Assembly: GCF_006345805.1 (NCBI RefSeq)
Contig: NC_042998.1
Coordinates: 17,050,001 to 17,114,000 of the forward strand
Length of the DNA: 64,000 bases
Source: Octopus sinensis
Taxonomy: Eukaryota
Direction of reading: 5' to 3'
In this document: piece after piece, positions 11,798 to 25,065 of the stretch
Layout of the letters: the number at the start of each line of letters is the position of its first letter
Numbering within the stretch: the first letter of the stretch is position 1
Notes under the pieces: generated by a model
Told to the model about the DNA's origin: nothing
The model's database searches: none
What the model saw: only the letters and a program-made list of their open reading frames with translations
Program-made: the position numbers and the translations under genes

Positions 11798-11889
11798 CCT
11801 GCGCCGATGAGAGAAGAAGTACGGGTAAAGTAGAATTTTCTAATTCTTACGCTATCCTAAAACTTGATCTCGAAACGTACGTCCGTAGG
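11798..11889 (+). ncRNA. Type I minimal hammerhead ribozyme
   Basis: cctgcg-CCGATGA-gaga[long loop]tctc-GAAA-C-gtac-G-TC-cgtagg; palindromic stem III acgtacgt, GUC site, predicted cut after C11883. Confidence 0.8.
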
Positions 11890-12022
11890 TAACGTAAAAT
11901 TGCATGATGGATTGCCGTCATTTCATTCTTTCTTTCTTACCTGTCTGTGTTTGCCTTTCAAGTGCTGTGTTTTTACTGAGATCCCCCTTTTAGTAGAAGG
12001 AATAGCTATATCTCTTTGACTG

Positions 12023-12086
<64 letters not shown>

Positions 12087-12103
12087 ATATATATATATAT
12101 GTA

Positions 12104-12282
12104 TAACGGGAACGTTTACAAAAATAAACAAAATACGAAGGCAGGTGGAGTACAAAAAAACAAATGTATTATTATAGCGCTCAGGAATAGAAATAGAAAA
12201 AGGATTTTACGTTTCGAGCCTACGCTCTTCGACAGAAAGATACACAGAAAAGAAAACAAGGAGAGAAACAAAAGCGTGTAGG
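12104..12282 (-). mobile_element. HHR repeat family G
   Basis: Close copies at 33875-34040 and 16416-16665; minus-strand ttt-CTGTCGA-a-gagc-gtag-gctc-GAAA-CG-TA-aaa at 12205-12240; abuts (TA)n. Confidence 0.8.
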
Positions 12283-12308
12283 AGCTTGGAGTATGTTTGT
12301 CACATATT

Positions 12309-12572
12309 AGGCAAATAGCCCGTAGTTACCATAAAAGAGAAAAATCTCTCTTGTGGTAAAAAGGAACCTGAGACCTCGATGTTTCGAGTTTTTTTGGCTC
12401 TTGTCAATGAGATATACCTCTGAGAGGCAACTCTGAACGAACTTAATCTATAATTAAGCGTAATCTATAATTCAGTCAACAAGTTTGCTGATCTGCGGTA
12501 GTAAATCACCCGATCAAATTAATTAGGTGCAAAGCAGCCTTTAGGTGTGAGCAAAATTTAGGTTAGTTGAAA
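12309..12572 (-). mobile_element. HHR repeat family H, bounded by a 17-bp direct repeat (TSD)
   Basis: tatgtttgtca(c/t)atatt at 12292-12308 and 12573-12589; degenerate HHR at 12367-12412; homologous inverted copy at 17607-17780. Confidence 0.75.
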
Positions 12573-14175
12573 TATGTTTGTCATATATTCCAACTGCTTA
12601 AGGAAAGCTATATATATGGTTGTGCTCCAGAATGACCACGGCCACCTGGTTGAAACAAATAAAAGAATATATATATAATACATATGTATGCATCTATTGC
12701 AATATATAAATTCGTAGAATCTTGTGGTTTTCAGAAGCTCCTCCAGTGATCCCGGGTATCACGCCAGATATTAACCTAATGCTGAGTAGTGTAAAGCTGG
12801 GTTCTATGAGAACCAATGACGAAAATATTTCATGAAGAGTTTATATACCATAAAATGCCAGAAAGTATGAGAGTGAATATATATTACTTAAGCACTTGAT
12901 ATTCTTAGGGTTACGGCAGTTTCGCAGCCACCTTGATGTAATCCTAATTTCAATGTATAATAATTATTTAACATGATTGCAACAATATGCACCCTACGTA
13001 TTGTGCAATACAATCGTACAATTACAAATCAATGGAAATAAAGAAACGTTGTTCTTCGGATCAGCAGAACATCTTTCTATTTCATCTCTGCACAGATAAG
13101 AAGCAGTTTTGCAACACTGTCTATCTCTGGGAAGGTAAACTTGTGAGTATCTATGGATTTAGGTGACAAAATTAGAACTTTTGCATTCTTGAATAACTGT
13201 AAATGACGGATACAGAATTAAGAAAGAAAATAAAAACGGAACACAGAAGTATCCTCCACAATGAAACTCATACTCACGCACGTACGCTACAGGTTTTACA
13301 ATTTTCCACATAGAAACGATAAATTGTGCAGAAGAAAACCATCATTACGTAAAAAGATATTTAATTTAATGAAAATATTACATCACATTATGTTGATTTC
13401 TTTGACAGTTCGTCCATTTGCGCTAGCTGAGATCATATTCTTACTTGTGGCCATGTTTTCACACTGAGTTTCCTCGAATTACATTTAGTCTTACAATCTA
13501 ATGTATGAATGCAGCACATGTCACTGAATCCATTAGCCATATTACTTTTTTTCACTTTGGATCAGATATACCAATGACCGAGGCTACTTCAGCAGATGCG
13601 TATATGTAACTAACGATTCAGATTATTGCAAATCCTGAGCATAGTTCTCACGAAGATTGCCAAGGAAAATGTAAGACGTCTTCCGTTCACAATTGTAAAA
13701 TCAAACAATATATTTTATACGTCTTGTATTGCAACGCATAAACATGGCAAATATGTTATAATGTAAAGCAACGTTCCTCCCTCTCTTGCATGAGTCTACA
13801 GCAATGTGAAAAGAAAATGATGTTAAAGATTGTCATACTGTGATGTTGCTAAAAACAAACACAACGGACATGGTCCATAATTCGAAAGCAAAACATTACA
13901 GTATCTTATTAAATTTTAACTCATGATAAAGCCCATACACTTCGTCAGAAAATTTACGAAGAACTTTTGTTATTTATCGTAATTGGCAAATACTTAGAGA
14001 TAATGGAGACTGTCCTTAATTAAGTTTAGAGGAGAACACTTTCTTTCTGTTTCATTATTCCTCGAGAGTCAGTGTCCATAGATTTCTCTGCACATTATAA
14101 AGCTGTCCTCGTGTCAAAGAATACGCGAGCATCATATTCCCACACTTTGTGCGAACATCTTGAATAAGTTAAATA

Positions 14176-14537
14176 GGCGTAGAAGTGGCTGTGTGGTAAA
14201 TAGCTTGCAGTCCCACTGCGTGGCACCTTGGGCAAGTGTCATCTACAATAGCCTCGGGCCGACCAAAGCCTTGTGAGTGGATTTGGTAAACGGAAACTGA
14301 AAGAAGCCCGTCGTATGTATGTATATATATATGTGTGTGTATGTGTTTGTGTGTTTGTGATTGTCCCCCTAATATCGCTTGACAACCGATGATTGTGTGT
14401 TTACGTCCTTGTAACTTAGTGGTCCGGCAAAAGAGACCGATATAATAAGTCCTAATGTCGATTTGCTCGACTGAAGTCGGTGCTCCAGCATGGCCACAGT
14501 CAAATGACTGAAACAAGTAAAAGAGTAAAAGAGTAAA
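14176..14537 (+). mobile_element. SINE family A (internal deletions)
   Basis: gtggctgtgtggt head, ccttgggcaag core, tail ctccagcatggccacagtcaaatgactgaaacaagtaaaagagt. Confidence 0.9.
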
Positions 14538-15935
14538 TCACTCAGCTCCATTCGCTGGCATCTTCAGTACGTCAACTACGGCGTAATACACGTAGACAAT
14601 TCACAATCGATTAATCATATTACTAAATAGCTTCTCTTAAAAGACGCTAAATTTTTATAACTCTTAATTTTCAATATTATATCTACTCACAACACTGGAG
14701 TGCATCGCTAGATATACAACTAATGACGCACTTCAATACCACTCGTATTTTCTACGGTTATCGGATAAAATTTTACCTGTTCACAAAACCTAGTTAAACA
14801 GACGTTAATAAGGTTCACATCGTACATCTACATTTCAATAAAAAGGCAAACCGCACGTGTCTATATCACCTTTGATTACAGGTATACTCAGTTAAATCTC
14901 ACTTGGATTTAAACAACAACGTTTAGCTTAAATATTAGAGTAACATTTAACACCCATAAAAATGCAAATACAGCTTCTATTCATGAACTTGAAGAACAAC
15001 ACGATTCCAATGGTGTGAGCTCATGAAAATATTCTGGAAATGAGTCAGTTGCAAAATTGAATTCAATTTAAATGATAATCAGGTTAAAATGTGAAATCCC
15101 ATATGAAAATATATTGCTTCACCGATATTCAATGAAAACGTTTAGGATTTAATTCTTATGAAAGGTGATATATTCGTGATGTTGCTGGGAAGAATTAGAT
15201 TTCCCGAAGGCAGTGGTGATATAAATGAGCATCGTATGGACGGAATCGACTATTTCTCATATATGTGAAACTATACAAACCGACACACAAACACACAAAT
15301 AACACATATATAAACTTATATAGATACGCTCACATGAGTCCAGCACCACTGCATGCGAGTGCGCACGAGTGTATATATACACGTACTTAACATATATATT
15401 TCCATGCATCCATATATGCACATCACATAGACATACACACCGACACGCATAAACAGATATAGACACACACGCATATACATATACATACACACACACACAC
15501 ACGCACATACATATACATACACACACACACACACATATATATTTATATATACACGTAAATGTCGAACGTTGAAAATGAATTCTCAACACAGGATAGAATT
15601 TACACACACATACACACACACAGATATATGTAAACCTATATATACTACGTGTCCCCGTGCCGTCAAAAATGATGGTTTATTGAATATTTTATATAAGAAA
15701 GGGTACAAAAGTGTGAAAAAATCAAACAGGGCTTCAATTCTGTGTGCGGGTGTGTGTGTGTCTGTGTGTGTGTGTTTGTGTGTGTGTATGTATATGTGTG
15801 TGTATGTATGTGTGTGTGTTTGTGTGTGTGTATGTGTGTGCGTGCCTGTGTATACATTTATATGTATGAGTACTACAGTCTGTAGCGAATGCGGTTTTCT
15901 ATACTTTGTCACAAACCGCCTCCTTACTTTTAAAT

Positions 15936-15971
<36 letters not shown>

Positions 15972-15972
15972 G

Positions 15973-16046
<74 letters not shown>

Positions 16047-16415
16047 GCGCGTGTGTCTGTAATTCTATTTTCTATATATCTTTCTAAATAAACGTATAGG
16101 AACACGTATAAAGTCACTCTAATATATAAATATATTATACACAAACACACACACATACTCACAAAGAATTGAAACGCTCTTTGATTTTCGTTTCACCGGT
16201 GACATTTCACCATCCCATTTCCATTGATGGATCACACCTTCCTTTCTCATTCATATGTTGTGACGACGGAGATATGCACAAGAGTATTTCATTTAACCCT
16301 TTTCCCTTATTGATGACCTTATGTAAAGATTTAAAACTAATGTAGTATTGCTACACCTCGTGGTTCTGTGTTTCGAGCCACTGAGTGCCACCATGGGCAA
16401 ATGTCTCCTAATATA

Positions 16416-16665
16416 GTAAGAATTTACAAAATAGAAAAAGACGAAAACGAGTGTGTAAACAACAAACAGATGAATTAGTTTAACGCTCGGGTTGTGAGAA
16501 CTTCTTTTACGTTTTAAGCCTACGCTCTTCGACAGAAAGGAACACAGAATAAAGAACACAGAGAAAATAGAAAAAGGTTTAGTAGCTAGTGATCTATCAT
16601 GGCGAATGCCGGCCAGAGGGGGTCGCACAGGAGATCTAGGGAGATAGAAAAGGGATAAAATTGAG
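16416..16665 (-). mobile_element. HHR repeat family G copy
   Basis: cttttacgttttaagcctacgctcttcgacagaaag at 16503-16539. Confidence 0.7.
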
Positions 16666-16736
16666 AAGGCCGACCAAAGCCTAAATGTGGTAGACGGAAA
16701 CTGAAAGAAGCCTTGTGTGTGTATATATATATTCAT

Positions 16737-16945
16737 TCAAAATGTGGCCGCGTGTGTACCGTTGGCGATTTTTTTCCTCTGTCTTCCCTTCTCTGGATCT
16801 TTCCTTCTCCTATGTTTCCGACGAAGAGCTCCGCTCGAAACATTAAGCCCTCCTTCTTTCCTTCCTTCCTGAGCGTCCAATAATACTATATTTGTTCCAC
16901 GTCCTCGCATTGTTGTGTTTTCTCTCTGTGCTTTCATGTTTGGAT

Positions 16946-16950
<5 letters not shown>
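16737..16950 (+). mobile_element. HHR repeat family F
   Basis: Copies at 30034-30248 and 32675-32868; gttt-CCGACGA-a-gagc-tcc-gctc-GAAA-C at 16814-16848; 3' end ggattaac followed by (TA)n. Confidence 0.85.
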
Positions 16951-17018
<68 letters not shown>

Positions 17019-17377
17019 GAGCGTGCACGTGTGTGTATCCATCTTTATGTCTGTGTTTGTCCCTCACCAAAACCTTGACAACATGTGGTGGTGTGTTTAC
17101 GTACCAGTAACCTAGCGATTCAGCAAAAAGAGAACGACAGAATAAGTAGCAAGTTTAGAAATAAAGTAATGTGGTTGAATCATTCAATTATGATTTCGTT
17201 CTTCAAGACGTCCCCCAGCATGGCAGAAACTGGAGCAAATAAAAGATATACCTACTCAAACAGATTGCAGTGACAATCAAATAAGATAACGTACAGGGCA
17301 AGAGTCACAACAGCAACATCAATATCAAGAATACCAACATTAAGAAAACACCATTAGAAAGGACGTTACTAAAATAT

Positions 17378-17591
17378 TGTTTCAAATTTTGGCACAAGGC
17401 CAGCAATATCAGGGGAGAGAGTAAGTCGGTTACGTCGCTCCCAATGTTCAAATGGTACTCATTTTATGGAACCCGAAAATATGAGAGGCAAAGCTGACCC
17501 TCGCTGGAATTTGAAATCAGGACGTAAAGACGGGCGAAATACCGCTAAGCATTTTGGCCAGCTTACTAACGGTTCTTCAAGCTCGTCGCCT
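17378..17591 (-). mobile_element. SINE family B (diverged)
   Basis: Reverse complement starts ggcgacgagct...gttag and contains cttagcggtatttcg. Confidence 0.75.
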
Positions 17592-17606
17592 AACAACACC
17601 TATGCT

Positions 17607-17780
17607 CCGTTAATTAATTTGATCGGGCGATTTACTAGCGCAGATCAGTGAACGTGTTGGCTGAATTATAGATTAAGCTATAGCTTTATTAAGTTCGTTC
17701 AGAGTTGCCTCCCAGAGGTATATCTCATTGACAAGAGCCCCAAAAATCGAAACATCGATGTCTCAGACTAATTTTTACCA
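17607..17780 (+). mobile_element. HHR repeat family H copy
   Basis: tctca-TTGACAA-ga...tc-GAAA-C-atcgat-G-TC-tcaga at 17723-17767; matches 12350-12530 inverted. Confidence 0.7.
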
Positions 17781-17809
17781 TAATATTTACAACTTAATAT
17801 ATATATATA

Positions 17810-17970
17810 TATAATAATAACAATAATAATAATATTAGGGAGTAAATCCAAACTTAATTTACATTTTGAATTTTATATTTTATATTTTTTATTAATTCAT
17901 TTATTTCGATGTATTGGTTTATGATTTTCACTGTTTGAGTTCCCTAATAGTGGTTTTATCTCTAATTTAA
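17810..17970. repeat. AT-rich dispersed repeat between TA tracts, related to ~33000-33150
   Basis: Shared ttttcactgtttga.t..cctaatagtggtttta. Confidence 0.6.
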
Positions 17971-18816
17971 TATATATATATATATATATATATGTTTTAT
18001 TGTGTCAAATACTACAATGAAATATAATGTGAAGAACTGCATCGTACGTTTATCTTTACCAATTCGATAGGAGAAATGGGTTTCTCCGCCTAGAGTTATA
18101 CGAATTCCAAAACTGATGCTATGGAAGGAGGGAGAAATTTTCCAAAGGCAGGTCTAACTTCAGTATTCCACTAAACGTATACAATGTTCCGCGTGGCGGT
18201 TTTAACTTGCAAATAGGTTATGCTGGAACTTGCAAGTAGGTTATGCTGGAATTGTAACTCAGAACGCAAATACTGCAAGGTATCCCGCCTAAAACTTTAT
18301 CGATCCTGCCAATCAGCCAATCCACAGCTAGAGATTAATACTTTATTTATTTCACGAACCGGATACGATGAAAGGCACAATTGACCTCGGATATATTTCG
18401 TGCAATGCAGTAACAATTCTGCCAGTTCATTCCATGCAATAACTAAATCTTAGTAATTGTTAAATGCAGAATTACTATGAATCATACTGCAAATACTGGA
18501 ATACATTAATTCATTTCACGCAGTATAATGATTTCAAATTTATGCAAAAGTCCTGCAAATTGAGAGAGTGTTTCATTGATGCCATCATCTACACGACCTA
18601 AATTGAAACATATTTTAAAATCCCATTATCTTCCGCATCCAATATACACTATCTCACACTTCTATCGCTCTCTCTCATTCCCTCCGTCTCTTTCTCTGTC
18701 TGTCTTTGTCTTTCTCCGTCTATCTGTCTGTCTGTATTCCTCTCTCTCCCTCCCTCTCTCTTTCTCCCTCCCTCTCTATTTCTCCCTCCCTCTATTCCGC
18801 TCTCCCTCTCTTTTCT

Positions 18817-18852
<36 letters not shown>

Positions 18853-21800
18853 GAACTGATTTCTCTCTCCTATTCTGACACATTTATCACAGCATTTATT
18901 TCTCTAATTTTGTTCTCTAGCCATTATTAAGCACTGCCTCATAATAGATGGAGACAACACACACTCACACTCACACGCACGCGTGCACACACACTCACAC
19001 ACACACACGCACACACACACACACATGAACACACAAACACACACACACATTCACACACACTTACATTCACACAGACAGACACAGATATATATGTATATAG
19101 AGATTTGTTTATATATATGTATACATACATGTTCATATATAAGTATATACAAATGTGAATATATACATATAAGTATGTATGTATGTGTGTGTGTGTGTCC
19201 GTACATAAGTTTCACACAATTGTCCCATAACCGAACTCTTATTGAACAACATATAATAAAATAGAATAATTTTCCTATGGTAGATTCGATTTGCTTAGGT
19301 TACAATAAATGATCGTATAATAGTTACACTTCAATGACTAATCGAATCTGAAATGCAACTGGCTGTATGAAGAAACCTCCACATTTTCAATGTTTAAAAT
19401 CTTGTCTTCAGAAACATTTAATTGTGAATATGTCAATATGTAGCAAGAAGCATATCACGTGCACATGCCTCTAAGTGTGTGAGAGATAACTTTCTGAGAC
19501 GCTTACTGAAACATTCTCTTATACTTATATATTTTCGACAAAGAAACAAAGTAATACAAGTACATGAAACCGGTTATTCATAAGAAAACATAAATACAAT
19601 ATGAAGGGAAAAACTCATTATATATAAATTGTTATCCATATATCAAATGGAGAATCTGTTGCCTGAGAATTAATACAAATTCAATTATTTAGTAAAGAGA
19701 AATTCTATATAGCTCATATTTCATAAGCACAGTTAAAGATATCTGACGTTTCCTCTCTTTGTAACTGTAATTATTTGTGACCTAACCAATATATTTTCAT
19801 TAGATTTCTAAAAAGCACAAATTATGTTACCTTTCTGAAAATGAATGCGATTCTAAGGCTGAAAAGGGAAACAAAAAAGAAAAAAATCGTCATTGATGGA
19901 CTGCATTGTCGGTGAAATTGTTTGTGGATATGAACGTACTTTTAGCTAAAAGCTTCTGTGTTATTCAGCTGAAAGTCTGAAATAACATATGCGAATTCAT
20001 AACATGAAATGGATACTTCCAATTTCGCTTCATTACACGTCTTGATATTTTTCTCTCTAATTATCTGTTATTTGATCTATAAACAGAAGCGTAAATGAGT
20101 GGTTGTAATTAAAATCTCATTTATTGGCACCTATATTAATTTGGTAGATTTCAATATACTTATTTACATTTTGTATGTTTAAATACATATACGACTATAG
20201 AATCTTTCCATATAGAAACAATTAAATAATGGCCCATATAATTGCTTTGTTCTCAATACATGCACAACATTCTCTCTATAAAATATTATGTACATACTTA
20301 ACATGTGGATATTCATTTTTATAAACAATACAATTGGAATCGAAATAACATTGAATTGAATACGTACAACAATTATGTTCGGATCCTTGCTTTCCAGATT
20401 GCCAGTATTTATTCTCTAGAGTTTTATCAAATTTGCCACTTAAAGCCAAATATTACTCTAACTGTGAAACAACGTTACTGATGTATTAAGCTTAAATATA
20501 TATTGAAATATATTTAAATACACTCCTAATATATTACACAGATTACAACAGGCTGCTAATTAATACTGATACCTGCAAATTCAATGCTGTAAATTTCGAC
20601 TGAAATTTTTCTCGTCATGCGTCTGGAACTAAGTGTCCAGTTTAGAAACAGTGTAGAAGAACCACATTCATGTGAGAATTCCTGCTAACATTTCGCGCTA
20701 CTTCCACAGGCATTTAAAACCATGACTACAAGCCGGAGACAACAAAAAACAGATATCAAAAAAGTCAAAATTATTCACTCATCTTAGAACTATTTATTTT
20801 ATATAGAGTAACTATATATTGTACAAATTCAAGGAACATAAGCGTTCCACACAGTTATAATTAGTTTAATAAACTAATAGTATTTACAATATATTGACGT
20901 TAAGTTTTATGTTAATTTACTTTTACCAATATATAAGAAATTGTTTCATTCATTTACTGACAAGTTTTGCAAACATGTATTTCCTATTTTTCACAGAGAG
21001 TCTAATGTGATTTCTTCTGTATTATAAGGTTTTTATGTACAATATTGGAAATATAGGTAATTATTCGTCGGCAAACATCAAATGGTACAATGTATCGATC
21101 CCATGTGGTTATTCGTCTTTAATATTTTGATCTAGTCGTACATTTCCTAATGCTATGCACACATTTAGATATAAAGGCATTTCATCCGTTCTTTATAATT
21201 TCGTCTTGAATTTTCTGAAGTTATAAAGGTTTCTTTCACTTCTTAATTATAATCATCATCATTGTGAGCATTCTCGTATATATCAGCGCCGTTATAATAA
21301 CCAGCATCAACATCATCAAAACACGTAATTGTTATGCTATGCGTATGATAGTGTAGTGTTTCATATGCCAAAATACCTAAGAACTACTTCAGACGTTATT
21401 CTTTTATTGAAGTCTATCCATGTAATTGTCAGCAATTGTGGTGTTTTTGAAATATGAATATGTATCATAATTCAATAGATTCTATTTACATGCGCATATC
21501 ATTGTATGTCTCCCTAACACTTTCATTTTTTTTGTTTGTATTTTGTGGAATTTCTATAGTCATTGTTCAGACAATAAACATTTCTTCCTCTGCGTTATAG
21601 AGAAATGATAAGGTTCATTCAAATCTGTATCAGAGGTTCTCATGGCAATCAGAAAAATGTAACAAAAAATCAATAAGTACCTAAAAATATTTTGTGTAAC
21701 AATGGTTTGCTCTCCTCAGATCAATTTCAATATTGTTACTTCCACTAGTAAAATATTGACTACAGAACTGGAGAATAGCGACAGATATATACAGAAATAT

Positions 21801-21873
21801 ACACCTATAGTTCTCTTTCTCTCTGTTTCTCTCTCTCCCTCTCCCTCTCTCTGTCTCTCTCTCTGTCTCATTC

Positions 21874-21948
<75 letters not shown>

Positions 21949-23025
21949 TGTATGTGTGTGTGTGTGTGTGTGTATTCATATCAAGTGTGTGAAATTTGAA
22001 TGGGGAAAAACGCTAGTAAAAATACTCATCTGAATTGACTATTGGAAACTGAAATGAAATTAGCGATCTTTGAAAAGAAATAATATGATGCTGATGGCTG
22101 CGTTTGAGAATGTTCAATCTGAATTACATTTTTTTTTTCATAGAAAGTATAATAGAGATAGCTTTGATGAATTACATGTCTTTTCATTATGAATAAATGA
22201 AAGAAATACTTTCTATTTGAGGGTCTGATTTATAAGTAAATAACTTTAATATTAATGGATAGTTTATATATGTATATATAACGATACATATACACCTCAT
22301 ACACACAAAATTATATATACATATATATGTTTGCATTAGATGGAATTGAATGTTTATAAAAAATAGCAATTTCTTTTCTCATGTAGGATGATACGGAATC
22401 ATTTTAATTGATTTCTATTTATTAAAATCACTATTCCATGCATCACGTGGCAATATTGCTTTAAATAGATGAATTGCAATTGTATACCACCGACTAGTTT
22501 TCTTTATCACAACCTCGGAATATATTTCCGACCAAATTAACAGCTGAAGTAATTGATTTGTCATTCCCAGTTATAGAGGAGCAAATAAATATTTCAATCA
22601 CGTCTAGTGTCAATTTATTTGTATCACTTACTTTATTATAAAACCATAAGTTAATGGTAAATATTTTGAAATATAATAAATCTTATATATGACTATCAAA
22701 TAACTCTTTTATATCACATAATGATATTTATTTTCAGAATATAAAGAGGGAAAATATCACCCACCTAAATGTCACGCGTCGAAATTCGTATGGTGTATTT
22801 AAAAATTCCAAATATCTTCACTTTCATATTAAGCAAAATATCCATCAATATAGACTTCCATCCATAAATAGAATGCACCTACAAAATGCACAGCATCACA
22901 TATTCCCTCACGCGCAAGCCTGATTACCTGCATATACATCTATAGCTATCCATCTATCTATCTATCTCACTGTCTGTCTGTCCGTACGGATCAGCCATGT
23001 TGAAGTGGCAACAAACATTACTTGA

Positions 23026-23066
<41 letters not shown>

Positions 23067-23068
23067 CG

Positions 23069-23409
23069 TAAATACCCCTCGGCCATGTAGAAACAGGAGA
23101 TTACACCTCGAAAGTTTCCCTCAGGGACACAAATGTCGGCATGGTTACTTATGGAAGACCAGCAGTCGCCCATGCATACGAGGCTCCTCTCTCCACGTCA
23201 CCGATGTTATACAAGGGAAAGGCAAAGGCAAAGGCAGAATCATCTTGGCACCAGTGACATCGGTACTAATTTCTATAAATGAGGGAACTGGAGCAACGTG
23301 AACTAAAGTGTCTTTCTCAAGAACACATATATACACGGCCCGTTTCGAGAATCAAACTCAATACCTCACGATTGTCAGCTCGACGCTCTAAACACTGAGC
23401 CATGCGCCT
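23069..23409 (-). mobile_element. SINE family C
   Basis: Reverse-complement homolog of 3573-3908 (ccagcagtcgcccatgcatac, ctggagcaacgtgaa, gctcgacgctctaa). Confidence 0.85.
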
Positions 23410-23414
23410 TTAAA

Positions 23415-23451
<37 letters not shown>

Positions 23452-24096
23452 GCATACACATATATATATATGAATGCATAGATATATACATGCGTGGATT
23501 CATGCATACATGCAGCCATCCACCCAACCACCCACCCATCCATACATACATGCTTTCGTAATACATATATACATACATACAAACACATTCTTACAGACAT
23601 GTGTATCGTGTAGGTTTGGAAGGAAATCATTGACAGAAATTGCGATGTTTGTGTTTGCTTCCTCTTCATCAAACAAATTGGTTAAGATTAGTTCCTTATA
23701 TACTGAATCACTGTCAACTTTTTTCCATGTAAAATGTAAGAAATATAGACTCAGTTAAAGTCACGTTGCGCAGAATAATACAGAATAATATAACAACCTA
23801 CCGACAATCTGTGAAAGTATTACAAGTAACGATAATTGTAACTTAAAAAGCTTACACTAAACATTAGTTAAGAATTATGATAAATTTTCTAAGAATTTCA
23901 TTACGCAAAGATTAAACGCTTTTAAATAATAATCTTAATAAAACTTATCATTAGCATTTTAATGTATTCTCAAGAATATGTTAACCTAGAATATAATCGC
24001 ATTATATCAAATAATTTCACAGAAAAACACTTTGTACTCTACTCGTAACGAAAATATACTTAATGCCAATGGCAAAAATGCAATACGAAAATTGAC

Positions 24097-24506
24097 TCTC
24101 TCTTTTTTTTCTCTTTTTTACTTGTTTCAGTCATTTGACTGCGGCCATGCTGGAGCACCGCCTTTAGTCGAGCAAATCGACCCCGAGACTTATTTTTTGT
24201 AAGCCCAGTACTTATTCTATCGGTCCCTTTTGCCGAACCTCTAGGTGACGGGGACATAAACACGCCAGCATCGGTTGTCAAGCAATGCTTGGGGGACAAA
24301 TACAGACACACATACACGCACACACACATATATATATATATACGACGGGCTTCTTTCAGTTTCCGTCTACCAAATCTACTCACAAAGCTTTGGTCGGCTC
24401 GAGGCTATAGTAGAAGACACTTGCCCAAGATGCCAAGCGGTGGGACTGAACCCGGAACCATGTGGTTGGTAAGCAAGCTACTTACCACACATCCACTCCT
24501 GCGCCT
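24097..24506 (-). mobile_element. Full-length SINE family A
   Basis: Head, B-box-like ggttcagtccc, core, central microsatellite and tail all present; possible 8-bp TSD aaattgac at 24089-24096 and 24510-24517. Confidence 0.92.
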
Positions 24507-24936
24507 ATCAAATTGACGTTATCAATTTTATTATCAATACTACTAGAAGGCATTTTTATCCCTGCAAACTATCTTAAGAAGTAAGAGGTTAACCTCGTCT
24601 ATTTTCTTCTCGTTTCTATCAGCTACGAGATGTTCTCTGTAAATATTCTCAAGCATATTTCCAGAGTGGTCAGTGATAGAAATAAAAATATCAATGTATC
24701 TGCAACAGCTAGGATATTGTTTAATTAAACTTATCGTTTTCTGTTGTTATAAATCATTAAGGAAACTAAATTCACGCTACAATTATCAACCATCCGAATA
24801 CCCTTATATTGTTTAAATTATATCATTTATTTTACCAGCTATAGCGGTTTGTGCGTGAGAACTGATAACATTAACCATCTCATTTAATCTACTTTTATTT
24901 AAACAAGTATACTTATTCTTCGTTAGGAAACCTTAA

Positions 24937-25065
24937 AGAGTGGCTGTGTGGTAAGTAGCTTGCTTACCAACCACATGGTTTCGGGTTCAGTCCCACTGCG
25001 TGGCATCTTGGACAAGTGTCTTCTGCTACAGCCTAGGGGCCGACCAATGCCTTGTGAGTGGATTT
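24937..25065 (+). mobile_element. SINE family A 5' fragment
   Basis: gagtggctgtgtggtaagtagcttgcttaccaaccacatggtt. Confidence 0.85.

Larger units (their letters stand above)
16345..17250 (+). mobile_element. Old SINE A interrupted by two nested HHR elements
   Basis: SINE pieces at 16345-16415, 16666-16735 and 17020-17250; inserts at 16416-16665 (family G) and 16737-16950 (family F). Confidence 0.7.
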
